Positions 28,479-38,172 of a DNA stretch of 64,000 nucleotides are shown here, one piece after another (position 1 is the stretch's first letter; every line of letters starts with the position of its first letter). The DNA lies in assembly GCA_030824965.1 (NCBI GenBank), contig JAPJQV010000009.1:7164-71163 (forward strand). The letters are read 5' to 3'. The position numbers and the translations under genes are program-made. The notes below the pieces were generated by a model. It did not search any database. It was not told the origin of the DNA and saw only the letters and a list, made by a program, of their open reading frames with translations. Source of the stretch: Micavibrio sp. GTDB lineage: Bacteria > Pseudomonadota > Alphaproteobacteria > Micavibrionales > Micavibrionaceae.

Positions 28479-29594
28479 TCATTTATAGACCGGAACTGCC
28501 ATTTTGCGGGATTCAAAAATCCGGAGTAGATGTTTTTTTCCCGGCCTCTCGATATATAGATGAACTAATGTAGCCAAGGCCAATGATAGACTGACCTGGC
28601 TTAACAAAATGAACAAATTTGGATAGGGCAGGCCTAAAGCGAATATGGACTGTTTGATTAGATAATGCAGCCAAGAAATAAGCCCATGCACCAGGTAAAG
28701 CGAATAGGAAAGCTCGCCGGTCAGATAAACGGGACGCCAACTGAGCATTTTTGCGACGGGTGATACATCGTCGGCCAAAGATAGAAGAAGAAAAGGAACC
28801 AGCGCGACGAAGAAAATATCCCCATCGTCTATGAACAGAAACGCCACCATAAGCGTGGCAATTATAAGCGAAAAATAGCGGCCATTTCTAATGGCCAAAA
28901 AAATATTTCTTTTGTAGAAACGATAGGTAATCAACCCAATTGTAAATTCTGTAATACAGCGAATAAGCGGAGCGTAATTTTTGCCGTCACTCATATCTAA
29001 CATGCCGCGAGATGTAACAATACCGGTAATCTCATGCGGCAGTATGCAAATTGAAATTAAAATCAATGCGCATAGCAAGAGCGTAAGTAATGCTGAACTG
29101 CGCGACCCAAAAAGCGTCACGGGAAGTAAGAGCGGTAGCAAGAAATAGGCTGCCCACTCGGTGCTGATTGACCATGCAGGTCCGATATAGCTGTCGGATA
29201 ACCCCCATGCCTGAATACTGAGGACATTTGCTGTTAGGTCAAAAGGGGTAGAAGAAACGTTTTTAGGCACTTCGTCGAGGATGACGGAAAAGAAGAAGAT
29301 AAAAACTAATGTCATGAAAATATAAACGGGGTAAATTCGTGCGATACGCTTTGCGATAAATTTTTTGTAATTCCCGCTGTCGAATCCGTCGATAAAATAG
29401 CCGCCATAGACCATGGCCATGACGAAGCCGCTTAAGATAAAAAATAAGTCGACGGCCAGATAACCGTGATGGGCAAAGGCGGCAAATAAATCCGGCAATA
29501 TTCCGGCAAAACCGAAGTGATAAAGCATTACATAGATACAAGCCACGCCCCGAATGCCCGTAAGCGCACGGATTTCACCGTTTTGATTGGCCAT
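28479..29594 (-). CDS. acyltransferase-3 family O-acyltransferase (371 aa from ATG 29594; ORF track extends to 29657)
   Basis: LTGIRGVACIYVMLYHF ... YLAVDLFFILSGFVMAMVY; the ATG at 29594 has a GGGGGA SD-like purine run about 9 nt upstream. Confidence 0.8.
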   Translation of the reverse strand: MANQNGEIRALTGIRGVACIYVMLYHFGFAGILPDLFAAFAHHGYLAVDLFFILSGFVMAMVYGGYFIDGFDSGNYKKFIAKRIARIYPVYIFMTLVFIFFFSVILDEVPKNVSSTPFDLTANVLSIQAWGLSDSYIGPAWSISTEWAAYFLLPLLLPVTLFGSRSSALLTLLLCALILISICILPHEITGIVTSRGMLDMSDGKNYAPLIRCITEFTIGLITYRFYKRNIFLAIRNGRYFSLIIATLMVAFLFIDDGDIFFVALVPFLLLSLADDVSPVAKMLSWRPVYLTGELSYSLYLVHGLISWLHYLIKQSIFALGLPYPNLFILLSQVSLSLALATLVHLYIERPGKKHLLRIFESRKMAVPVYK

Positions 29595-29723
29595 AAAATT
29601 TTTCCCCCAGAAAAAGCAGCTATGAATTTCTTTAATAAAACCTGCTTCGTTTGGCAATTCCCTATCGCAATGCAGCAGAAATTATCCTATAAAAAGAGGT
29701 ATTTCCGAAATGGGTAGATCTTT

Positions 29724-30968
29724 TTGAAAATTTTGTATTTAAGTGGCTGTTTTCCACTGTTGTCAGAGACTTTTACGATCTATGAGATCGCCGATTTGAT
29801 CAGATCCGGCGCGGATATCCGTATCGTTTCCATGCAATATCCACCCGCTGGTAAATCTGACCTGCCGGAAAAACTCGGTTTTGCCGATAAAATCGCCTAT
29901 CGCGCTCCTTTGGCCAAATCCCCCATGGCCAAAATCTTGCGCATCGGAGAATTACTCTTGAAAAGCCCGCGCTTCGGTGATTTTCTGCGCCGCGCCGCGA
30001 TGTTCTTGTCTTTTCGTAAGGACGCTTCCTTTTCACGTTACATCCTGCTGGAAACGATCGCCGCGGCGGATTTCGCTGGCTGGAAACCCGATGTCATTCA
30101 TTGCCATTTCGGGACAAATGGGAGGGTAGGGGTCGACCTGAAAAATTACCGTCTAACCGATGCTGCCGTAACGACGATTTTTCATGGCTATGACATCTCG
30201 CAACTCCCACGGGAACGCGAAGCCGGATTCTACGACACTTTGTTCAAAACTGCCGATCATATTTTTTCGATCAACAAATTCTATCTCGGTAATATGAGGG
30301 AATTGAATGCGCCGATGGACCGCGCTTCCGTTTTTCACATGAGCGTCGATTGCAAAGAATTTGTTTTCGCGCCGAGAACGTTACCGGCAAACGGCCCAGT
30401 CGAGTGTGTGACAATCGGGCGCATGACGGAAAAGAAAGGGCATATCCACACGATCAACGCTTTTGTGAAAATGATCAGGCAAAGACCCGATCTCGATATC
30501 CGCCTTCATATTATCGGCGATGGTCCGCTTTATGAAGAAATGCGCGCGCTTATTCATTCCTTTAGCGCACAGGATAAGATAATACTCCATGGCGCGTTAC
30601 AACATGAAGACGTGGTCAGATTTTTAGAGAGGGCGCATATTTTCGTACTGCCGAGCGTTACGGCGGCTTCAGGAGATATGGAAGGAATTCCGGTTGTCCT
30701 GATGGAAGCCATGGCGATGGGAATTCCCGTGGTTTCTACATATCACAGCGGGATTCCCGAGTTGATCGAGGATGGCGTTTCCGGTCTGCTTATTGCCGAA
30801 AAAGACGAGTCGGGCCTTGCGGAAAAACTCCTTTATCTCATAGACAATCCACAAATATGGGGGGCTTTGACATCGGCCGCGCGCCAAAAGGTCGAGGCCG
30901 ATTTTAATCGTGGGACACAAACACAACTTTTACTGAATAAATTTCAAGATATTTTAGAAAAACGATGA
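29724..30968 (+). CDS. glycosyltransferase family 4 (TTG start)
   Basis: EGIPVVLMEAMAMGIPVVSTYHSGIPELIEDGVSGLL GT4 C-terminal signature. Confidence 0.8.
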   Translation: MKILYLSGCFPLLSETFTIYEIADLIRSGADIRIVSMQYPPAGKSDLPEKLGFADKIAYRAPLAKSPMAKILRIGELLLKSPRFGDFLRRAAMFLSFRKDASFSRYILLETIAAADFAGWKPDVIHCHFGTNGRVGVDLKNYRLTDAAVTTIFHGYDISQLPREREAGFYDTLFKTADHIFSINKFYLGNMRELNAPMDRASVFHMSVDCKEFVFAPRTLPANGPVECVTIGRMTEKKGHIHTINAFVKMIRQRPDLDIRLHIIGDGPLYEEMRALIHSFSAQDKIILHGALQHEDVVRFLERAHIFVLPSVTAASGDMEGIPVVLMEAMAMGIPVVSTYHSGIPELIEDGVSGLLIAEKDESGLAEKLLYLIDNPQIWGALTSAARQKVEADFNRGTQTQLLLNKFQDILEKR

Positions 30969-31912
30969 CCAAACCTGACGCTTCCGTAACTGTCCTGATA
31001 GCTGCCTATAATGCCGAAGCCTTTATCAGTCGCGCTATTGAATCCGCTTTGCTGCAAACATTGCCAGCCGCGGAGATCCTGATTGTGGACGATGCTTCTA
31101 CAGATGGCACGGCAAATTTTATCGAAAGCCTGGCGGCGGATAATCCTAAAATCCGGTTGCTGCGGTTGGAAAAAAACGGTGGGCCTTCCGCGGCGCGTAA
31201 TGCAGGGATTGACGCCGCAATCGGGGATTGGATTGCCGTTTTAGACGCTGATGATGCGTTCTACCCCGACCGCCTTGCCGATATGGTGCAAACGGGGTTG
31301 AACGAGAATGCCGATATCGTTCTCGATAATTTTAGCTATTACGATGTAGCTTCGAATAGTATCTGGCCGCCATCGCTAAAGGTATATGACGCGATCGAAA
31401 CTATTGGTGTTGAGACCTATGTCGAAAAAGCGAGGCCTTATAATGCTGAAACCGATTACGGTTTGCTTAAGCCGCTATTTAAAAAATCTTTCTTAAACCA
31501 GCATAACTTACGTTATCCGGTTTTTTCCCGTCACGGTGAAGATTTCCTCTTCATGGTAAGCGCACTTTTGGAAAGCGCCAAATGTGTTCTGACCCGTAAG
31601 GCCGGATATATCTATACGTCGCGTGCCAGCGGTTTTTCTCGCACTATTATAAATTACGGCACGATGCAGGAGCATTCACGGCAATTAATGGCTGATCGCA
31701 GGGTTGAAGGAAATTCTGTCCTGATCGCAAACTTACAAGAGCGTATTCGCAGGCTCCAAACACTTACCTATGAAAATAATATTTCGCGCAACCCTAACCC
31801 GGTATCTTTTATGCGCTATTTCATGAGCGATAGAATGTTTAGGAAGTTAATATTCCAAAAAATCAAACGAAAAACAAAACTCACTATTAAGAAAGCCCTG
31901 TCCCTTGGATAA
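30965..31912 (+). CDS. glycosyltransferase family 2
   Basis: VLIAAYNAEAFISRAIESALLQT ... ILIVDDASTDGT; 4-nt overlap with the upstream GT4 gene. Confidence 0.8.
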   Translation: MTKPDASVTVLIAAYNAEAFISRAIESALLQTLPAAEILIVDDASTDGTANFIESLAADNPKIRLLRLEKNGGPSAARNAGIDAAIGDWIAVLDADDAFYPDRLADMVQTGLNENADIVLDNFSYYDVASNSIWPPSLKVYDAIETIGVETYVEKARPYNAETDYGLLKPLFKKSFLNQHNLRYPVFSRHGEDFLFMVSALLESAKCVLTRKAGYIYTSRASGFSRTIINYGTMQEHSRQLMADRRVEGNSVLIANLQERIRRLQTLTYENNISRNPNPVSFMRYFMSDRMFRKLIFQKIKRKTKLTIKKALSLG

Positions 31913-33455
31913 TCCGACAACCGATAATGACCAACTGGATAATAAGCCTTTGGATAAGGCCGGATTAAAAACCGCGTCACTGAATGGTGCGGCCATAAAC
32001 ATGATTTCACAAATCGTGAAATTTGGTTTGTTATTCGTAAATCAGGTCGTTATGGCGCGTTTCCTGTCACCCGAAGATTTCGGTCTGGTGGCGATGGTGG
32101 GTCCTGTCATGGCGTTTATTATCATGTTTGCCGATTTGGGTTTAACCCAAGCTACCATTCAACGCCAGAAAATCACACAGGAAGAACAAAGCTTTCTTTT
32201 TTGGACGAATTTCGGCGTAGCCACAACGCTTGCTTTTATCGTCATGGCGATCTCGCCTTTGGTCGCTTTATTCTATCATGAACCGCGAGTTCTCTGGATC
32301 ACCCTGATCATGGGTTCGACGTTGATTATCAGCGGCCTGACATCGCAGCATATCGCCATTTTTACCCGCAACATGGAATTTAAAAAATTGGTCTTGCTTG
32401 ATCTCGGGGCGCTTGTTGCAGGATTTACGGCCGGATATATCGCCGCTATTATGGGCATGGATTACTGGTCGCTGGTTGTTATTCACGTTACCATTTACCT
32501 GACGAATTTGGTAACGACATGGGTTTTTTCGACATGGCGGCCCAGCAAGCCTTCGCTTCCGCCACTCTGGCGGGAATTGCTCGGCTTCGGCGGCAATTTG
32601 TCCGGCTTCAACTTCGTTAATTATTTTTCCCGCAATCTCGATAATATTCTGATCGGGCGTGTCAATGGTGAAGCGGCTCTTGGTCTCTATGACCGCGCCT
32701 ATAAACTTTTGCTGATGCCGCTGACACAGATTACCCAGCCATTCTCGCGCATTGCCTTGCCGCTTTTGTCACGTACTTTGCAGGAACCAGAGACATATAA
32801 AAAAGCCTATCTGCGCATGGTAGAGGTTATCATGCTGATAACCTATCCGGGTGTTTTATACGCGGTTGTCGACCACGACAATTTGATTGTCACGGTTCTC
32901 GGCGAACGCTGGAAGGAAGTCGGACCGATATTCGCCATTCTGGGCGTAGGTTCATTTTTTGCAGCCCTCAGTCACTCGACAGGCTGGCTTTTTGTCTCGC
33001 AAAACCGCACGCGCGAAATGCGAAACTGGGGCGTGTTCAGTTCGGCTTTGTTTATTTCGTCCTTCTTTGCCGGACTTCCATGGGGGCCGCTCGGTGTTGC
33101 GGCTTGTTATGTAGGAATCGGATTTGTTCAAGCTCCGATCCTTTGGTGGGCTTCGACCCGCAGCGGCCCGGTAAAGTTCAGCGACATGATAAAAACTTTC
33201 ATACCTTATGTCGTGGCTTTAGCCGTGACAGGGATCTGCATTTACCTGATGGCAAATTTCGTCCTGCCGCGGGGGCTTTTGGCAATCTTCATTCTATTGC
33301 CGTTTTCTTATCTGGTTTTTGGCGGTGTATTCATGTTGATGCCTTCAGGCCGCCGCATCATCAACGAATTATATAAACATGCGATGTCGATGTTTGCGCC
33401 GTTTCTGGCCCGGTATCTACCGCGTAAAGATAAAGTCGAAGACGGAGTTATATAG
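31905..33455 (+). CDS. Wzx-type oligosaccharide flippase (polysaccharide biosynthesis protein, MOP superfamily)
   Basis: About 12-14 TM, 516 aa, typical Wzx hydropathy; inside the GT operon. Confidence 0.75.
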   Translation: MDNPTTDNDQLDNKPLDKAGLKTASLNGAAINMISQIVKFGLLFVNQVVMARFLSPEDFGLVAMVGPVMAFIIMFADLGLTQATIQRQKITQEEQSFLFWTNFGVATTLAFIVMAISPLVALFYHEPRVLWITLIMGSTLIISGLTSQHIAIFTRNMEFKKLVLLDLGALVAGFTAGYIAAIMGMDYWSLVVIHVTIYLTNLVTTWVFSTWRPSKPSLPPLWRELLGFGGNLSGFNFVNYFSRNLDNILIGRVNGEAALGLYDRAYKLLLMPLTQITQPFSRIALPLLSRTLQEPETYKKAYLRMVEVIMLITYPGVLYAVVDHDNLIVTVLGERWKEVGPIFAILGVGSFFAALSHSTGWLFVSQNRTREMRNWGVFSSALFISSFFAGLPWGPLGVAACYVGIGFVQAPILWWASTRSGPVKFSDMIKTFIPYVVALAVTGICIYLMANFVLPRGLLAIFILLPFSYLVFGGVFMLMPSGRRIINELYKHAMSMFAPFLARYLPRKDKVEDGVI

Positions 33456-34397
33456 ATGCCTGAAATTTCAGTAATCGTGCCAAGTTATAATGACGAAGAA
33501 GGAATTACGGTTTTGCTCGACGCTTTGAACGCGCAGACGGTTGATCCTTCTCGTGTCGAATATATCATTGTCAATAATAACAGTAAGGATAGAACGCGCG
33601 AGGTAATTGCCGACTATGCCAGGACCGCAAAAATCAATATCGTCAGTATAGACGAGAATGATATTCAGGGATCTTATGCGGCCCGCAATAAGGGCATCCG
33701 CGCTTCCAAAGGGGAAATTCTGATCTTCACTGATGCCGATTGCGTGCCTGCACCCGACTGGATCGAAAAAATGCTGCCGGGCTTCGACGATCCTCAAATC
33801 GGTGCGGTCGGCGGCGCGATCAATGGTTTTCCCGGCGAGACATTGATCGAACAATTCTCCCTGCGCCGTCGAATTCTGGCGCAGGATTACATGATGAACC
33901 ATCCCTATATGCCGTTTTGCCAGACCGCGAATTTAGGTTTTCGCAAGGACGTCTTCCGCAAGGCGGGGTTATTTCGTTCAGGGCTTAAAACCGCAGGCGA
34001 TGCCGATATGAACTGGCGCATGCAAAAAGACACTGACTACAAACTTGTCTATCGTCCTGAGTCGGCTATTCTCCATCGTCACCGCACGAATTTTGCTGAT
34101 CTCTATGAACAATTTGAACGTTATGGCCGCTCGGTTGTATATTTGAAACAGCTTTATAGCTGGGATGCGCCGCGCGAACCTCGGCTTATCTGGTATATTC
34201 GCAAAATGATTGTCTGGGCTTTTATCAAATATCCTGTTCTTTTGACAAAATATCTGCTCAATAAAATCCCAAAAATCGAAGTCTATGAAGAGCCGATCCT
34301 TATTTTTATCAAATGGTGCAGCTATCACGGCACGAATAAAGCCAAGCGTATGGGTCCGCTAACTCAAAATCTTGAGATTGAATATTTAAGCGCATGA
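33456..34397 (+). CDS. glycosyltransferase family 2
   Basis: SVIVPSYNDEEGITVLLDALNAQT ... IIVNNNSKDRT ... FTDADC. Confidence 0.8.
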   Translation: MPEISVIVPSYNDEEGITVLLDALNAQTVDPSRVEYIIVNNNSKDRTREVIADYARTAKINIVSIDENDIQGSYAARNKGIRASKGEILIFTDADCVPAPDWIEKMLPGFDDPQIGAVGGAINGFPGETLIEQFSLRRRILAQDYMMNHPYMPFCQTANLGFRKDVFRKAGLFRSGLKTAGDADMNWRMQKDTDYKLVYRPESAILHRHRTNFADLYEQFERYGRSVVYLKQLYSWDAPREPRLIWYIRKMIVWAFIKYPVLLTKYLLNKIPKIEVYEEPILIFIKWCSYHGTNKAKRMGPLTQNLEIEYLSA

Positions 34398-35281
34398 GCG
34401 AAGGTTTCCTGACCATCGCCTATGGCGCAAAAGAATATATCCGCATGGCCCGCGCCCTGGCGCTTTCCTATCAGCGTTTTAATCCGTCGCGGCCAATTGC
34501 CGTTGTAACGGATGAGAGAAATATTAAAAACCTTAGGGATTTTTTCGATATCGTCATTCCGCTTAAAAGCGAATACGGCAACGGCGTCGTACAAAAGCTG
34601 CACATGGATTTATACTCGCCGTTTGAAAAAACGGTATTTATCGACTCCGATTGTCTTTTTTATAAAGATCCGCAGCTTGTCTGGAACAGCTATAATCAGG
34701 GTGATTTCAGTATGCGCGGCTGGCGCTATCTGACCGGCTATAGCGAATACGAACAAAAAGACCCGTATCTATTTCTGGATAATGTCGGGGCCACATTGCG
34801 AAAACGCGGCCTCTCGCGTTTTCCGCATTTCAATAGCGGGGTTATGGGCTTTGCAAAGAATTCAAAAGTTTTCGAGCTTTCGCGCGAGATTTACCGGGAC
34901 GCAGGAGGTCTCGGTTTTACAAAGTTTAAAAACGCGCCGTTGGCGGATGAGCCTGTTTTTGCCCTTGCCATGGAGCAATTGAGCGTTGAATTAATGCCTT
35001 GGGATAATGTGAACGGGCAGGAGACCGCTATCGGCATGGACGATTGTTACGGCATCAATATCATTGAAGGTAAAAGCAAATTTATAAAGAACGGCGTCGA
35101 GGTCGAGCCGGCCGTCATCCATTTTAATTCCGGCGGCATCAACGTCAAATCCTATTTCCGCGATATCTGCCGCCTTGAGGCCCGGCTCCTGAAGTTGCCG
35201 ATTCCTGCCTATATATGGGCGAACGTTATCTATCGGTCTTTATTGATTAAGTTTCGCAATTTGAAGAATAAACTTAAGTAA
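34394..35281 (+). CDS. putative nucleotide-sugar-dependent glycosyltransferase, GT-A-like with DxD (FIDSDCLF); family unassigned (GT8-like?)
   Basis: DxD-containing soluble protein in the GT operon; 4-nt overlap with the upstream gene. Confidence 0.5.
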   Translation: MSEGFLTIAYGAKEYIRMARALALSYQRFNPSRPIAVVTDERNIKNLRDFFDIVIPLKSEYGNGVVQKLHMDLYSPFEKTVFIDSDCLFYKDPQLVWNSYNQGDFSMRGWRYLTGYSEYEQKDPYLFLDNVGATLRKRGLSRFPHFNSGVMGFAKNSKVFELSREIYRDAGGLGFTKFKNAPLADEPVFALAMEQLSVELMPWDNVNGQETAIGMDDCYGINIIEGKSKFIKNGVEVEPAVIHFNSGGINVKSYFRDICRLEARLLKLPIPAYIWANVIYRSLLIKFRNLKNKLK

Positions 35282-36179
35282 TCCATTTGCCTGAAAACGG
35301 CGCGGCGTCGAAATCGAAATCGGCGCGGTCTTCTCTGCTATCGATCAGATCAATCAAGCGCGCGGATTTTTCGCTGTCGAATTTCCGGGCGTACCGGCAG
35401 CTTGTCTGTTTTAAATTGTCCCAGTCGCGCTCATCGAGGACGCTCGGATGTTCGCGCTCGGCTGTCCAGTCGGCATAATGCGACCGGTCGGCAATTTTAT
35501 TGGTGCCGATATTCTTCACCAGAGTCTGAAAGAAAATCTCGTCACCGCCCCATGTCAAACGAAAACGGTTATAAAATCTTCGGCCTTTGCCTGTTTTCAG
35601 GAAAGCGAGAATTTTATGCGCCGTATCGCGGCTCAGGCAAACCCAGTTCGACCCGCGATAGGCGGTATAGCCGGCCAGAAACTTGCGATTTGGCGCGTAT
35701 CTGTTCAGGATTTGTTTAAACCGCGTCACATAATGCCCGGCCCGTTTCGGCAGCATCGCCAGAAAATCCACGAAATGATAATTGTATAGATTGAATGAAA
35801 AAGACGCGCCGTCCGATAATTCGTAATAATTCATAAAGTCGGTGTCGGGCCGCGCCGCATGAAATTCCAGAATTTTTTCCACTCCATGCAGGGGATAATC
35901 GCGGCCTGACATGAATTGATACGCATCATAATCGCCATGACCTGCGGCGAATTCTAAAATGTTGAGCATGGATCGGATCTGGCTGAACCCGCCGTGATTG
36001 ACCTTGATGCGCTTATCCAAAAATACGACATTGCCGCTAATGGCATACTTGAACTCTTCGATATTTTTCTTCGCATCGACATGAATAAAAATCGCCGTAT
36101 CCGGTGACCGGAGTTTCTCAATCGCGCGCGCCGCCATATCGGGTTTTTCATGCAGCAGGAAAAGATAAGCAATTTTCAT
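35274..36179 (-). CDS. Core-2/I-branching enzyme family (GT14-like) glycosyltransferase (301 aa from ATG 36179)
   Basis: KIAYLFLLHEKPD ... AIFIHVDAK and overall Branch-domain-like sequence. ATG at 36177-36179 overlaps the upstream stop as ATGA (translational coupling). The ORF-track start at 36236 would overlap its neighbour by 60 nt. Confidence 0.65.
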   Translation of the reverse strand: MKIAYLFLLHEKPDMAARAIEKLRSPDTAIFIHVDAKKNIEEFKYAISGNVVFLDKRIKVNHGGFSQIRSMLNILEFAAGHGDYDAYQFMSGRDYPLHGVEKILEFHAARPDTDFMNYYELSDGASFSFNLYNYHFVDFLAMLPKRAGHYVTRFKQILNRYAPNRKFLAGYTAYRGSNWVCLSRDTAHKILAFLKTGKGRRFYNRFRLTWGGDEIFFQTLVKNIGTNKIADRSHYADWTAEREHPSVLDERDWDNLKQTSCRYARKFDSEKSARLIDLIDSREDRADFDFDAAPFSGKWIT

Positions 36180-37102
36180 TTTTGCGCGTAATCCCGGTAG
36201 CTTTTGTAAAGGCCGCGGAAGTAGTAGAATTTCCACCGGGACCAGAAACGGTGCTTGGATCTCGGCATAATGAAGGTCACGGGATAGAAGCAGGCCCAGA
36301 AAAAAAGGCGCAGCACGATCTCATATTGAAAAGGAAGGGCGTCCGGTAAAATCCGCTTATGCGGATTGCCCGGAGATATTACGAAGCGGCCATATCCCAG
36401 CCGTTCGGCGCGGCGTATCACCCAGTCTTCATTGACGGTTGCGTGTTTGATCGTGTGAACGACGACGGCGTCCGCTGTATAATAAACTTTATGTCCGGCT
36501 TCGAATGCCCGCTGCGCGAGTTCGGTGTCTTCGCCCATGGCATAAAATGCGGCGGGGGTCGGCCCGATTTTTTCATTGAAACGAAATCCTTCATCGAAGA
36601 TTCTTTTCCGGTATGCCATGTTCGGTCCCCATACCATGCCGGGGTCGCAATCGCCGCTTGTTTCCCGCTCATGAATGGCATAAGTCGAGCCGACGGGGAT
36701 CCACGTTTTTAACTTGGCATCCGGCTCTTTTTCCCATTTGCCGATAATGCGCCCTGTGAAGATATCGTAAGAGGCATTGTTATGCGCTGCCGCGATCATG
36801 CTTTCCATCCATCTCTCGTCAAGATCGACATCGTCATCGGTAAACAGGATTAAATCTTGCATAAGATGCGCAAGGGCGGCGTTTAATGCTTTTGATTTTC
36901 CCGGCATTGGCACGTCGATAACTTGTACATTGATTTTATCGGCGAAACTTTCGACAACTGCTTTTGTATTGTCCCGGCTGTTATTGTTCATAACGAGTAA
37001 TCGCCATTGGTCCTTGGGCAAGGTGGATCGGGACAGAGATTCCAGCGTCCTGCCGATGCGGTCTTCGCTGTTATAGGTCGCGATGACGATATCAATTTTC
37101 AT
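36176..37102 (-). CDS. glycosyltransferase family 2
   Basis: KIDIVIATYNSEDRIGRTLESL ... LVMNNNSRDNT ... FTDDDV. Confidence 0.8.
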   Translation of the reverse strand: MKIDIVIATYNSEDRIGRTLESLSRSTLPKDQWRLLVMNNNSRDNTKAVVESFADKINVQVIDVPMPGKSKALNAALAHLMQDLILFTDDDVDLDERWMESMIAAAHNNASYDIFTGRIIGKWEKEPDAKLKTWIPVGSTYAIHERETSGDCDPGMVWGPNMAYRKRIFDEGFRFNEKIGPTPAAFYAMGEDTELAQRAFEAGHKVYYTADAVVVHTIKHATVNEDWVIRRAERLGYGRFVISPGNPHKRILPDALPFQYEIVLRLFFWACFYPVTFIMPRSKHRFWSRWKFYYFRGLYKSYRDYAQK

Positions 37103-38172
37103 TTTATCATTGCCTTGTAATAATCTTCGTATCGGCCGATCATGCGGTTGATCGTAAATTTTTCCTCAAAACTTGCGCGGCAATCATGGCGGGATAATTG
37201 TGCTGCCTTGTCGAGAGAAGCGGCCAAAGCGTCAATATCGCCCTTTGCAACGGTAACGGCAGTCTTTGCATCCAGGATTTCATCGACCGCGCCGTTTTGA
37301 TAGGTCGCGACAGGCGTGCCGCAGGCAAGCGCTTCGATATAGGTCAGGCCAAAAGGCTCGTCCCAGTGCGGGGTTGCGATCATGACCGATGCGTCGCCAA
37401 TTTCTCTATTCAGCGTCGCATGGTCGGCAAGACCGCGATAGCGAATGGTGTCGTGACCGAGCAGGGGCTTGATCTGCCTTTCAAAATATTCCGCATCGTC
37501 GCTGCTGCCGAACAGGTCGAGCGTATAGCCGGCCTTGATGGCGGCTTTGATGGCGTCATGCGGCGCTTTATCTTTAGTCAGTCGCCCGTACCATATCGCA
37601 TGGCGCGGCTTTGCCGTTTTGCTGAATGTCCAGTCGTCTTCTCTAATTCCGTTATGGATGATGGCAGCGTCGGCAAACCGGTCCCATGCTTTCGCGAGAT
37701 AGATGGATACCGCGATATAGGCGCTGTTTTTCGCTGCGGCTTTCACGCCTTGCAATATCTCGCGGAAAATCGGCGTATGCAAAACGGTGACGAGCGGCGC
37801 TTTATAACGGGCGGCATCCTGCAAAGGCTTTGCGGCAATCGCATTATTATGCACGATATCGAAGTCATGCGCGGCGATATAATCCGTGGCTTTCATATAT
37901 GATTTTCTACTGGCAAGATTGCGCCACAGCCGGAAAAATTTGGCTTTAACGCTTTTTCCGTCAGCCTGTTGAAATCGGCTATGGGAGAAAAGGGAAGTGT
38001 CGCGGATTTTAATTAGGGGCAGGGAAGGGTCGGAATCACCGCTTGCGAATAATTTTACGTCATGCCCGCGCTCGGCCATCTCCTTGGTCAGCCACCATGT
38101 ATGCGCTTCAAGTCCACCCTTAAACGGGCGGGAGATAGGGTGATTGATAGGCGCGATAATGGCGATTTTCAT
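37099..38172 (-). CDS. glycosyltransferase family 4
   Basis: DEPFGLTYIEALACGTPVATYQNGAVDEIL; 4-nt overlaps on both sides. Confidence 0.8.
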   Translation of the reverse strand: MKIAIIAPINHPISRPFKGGLEAHTWWLTKEMAERGHDVKLFASGDSDPSLPLIKIRDTSLFSHSRFQQADGKSVKAKFFRLWRNLASRKSYMKATDYIAAHDFDIVHNNAIAAKPLQDAARYKAPLVTVLHTPIFREILQGVKAAAKNSAYIAVSIYLAKAWDRFADAAIIHNGIREDDWTFSKTAKPRHAIWYGRLTKDKAPHDAIKAAIKAGYTLDLFGSSDDAEYFERQIKPLLGHDTIRYRGLADHATLNREIGDASVMIATPHWDEPFGLTYIEALACGTPVATYQNGAVDEILDAKTAVTVAKGDIDALAASLDKAAQLSRHDCRASFEEKFTINRMIGRYEDYYKAMIK

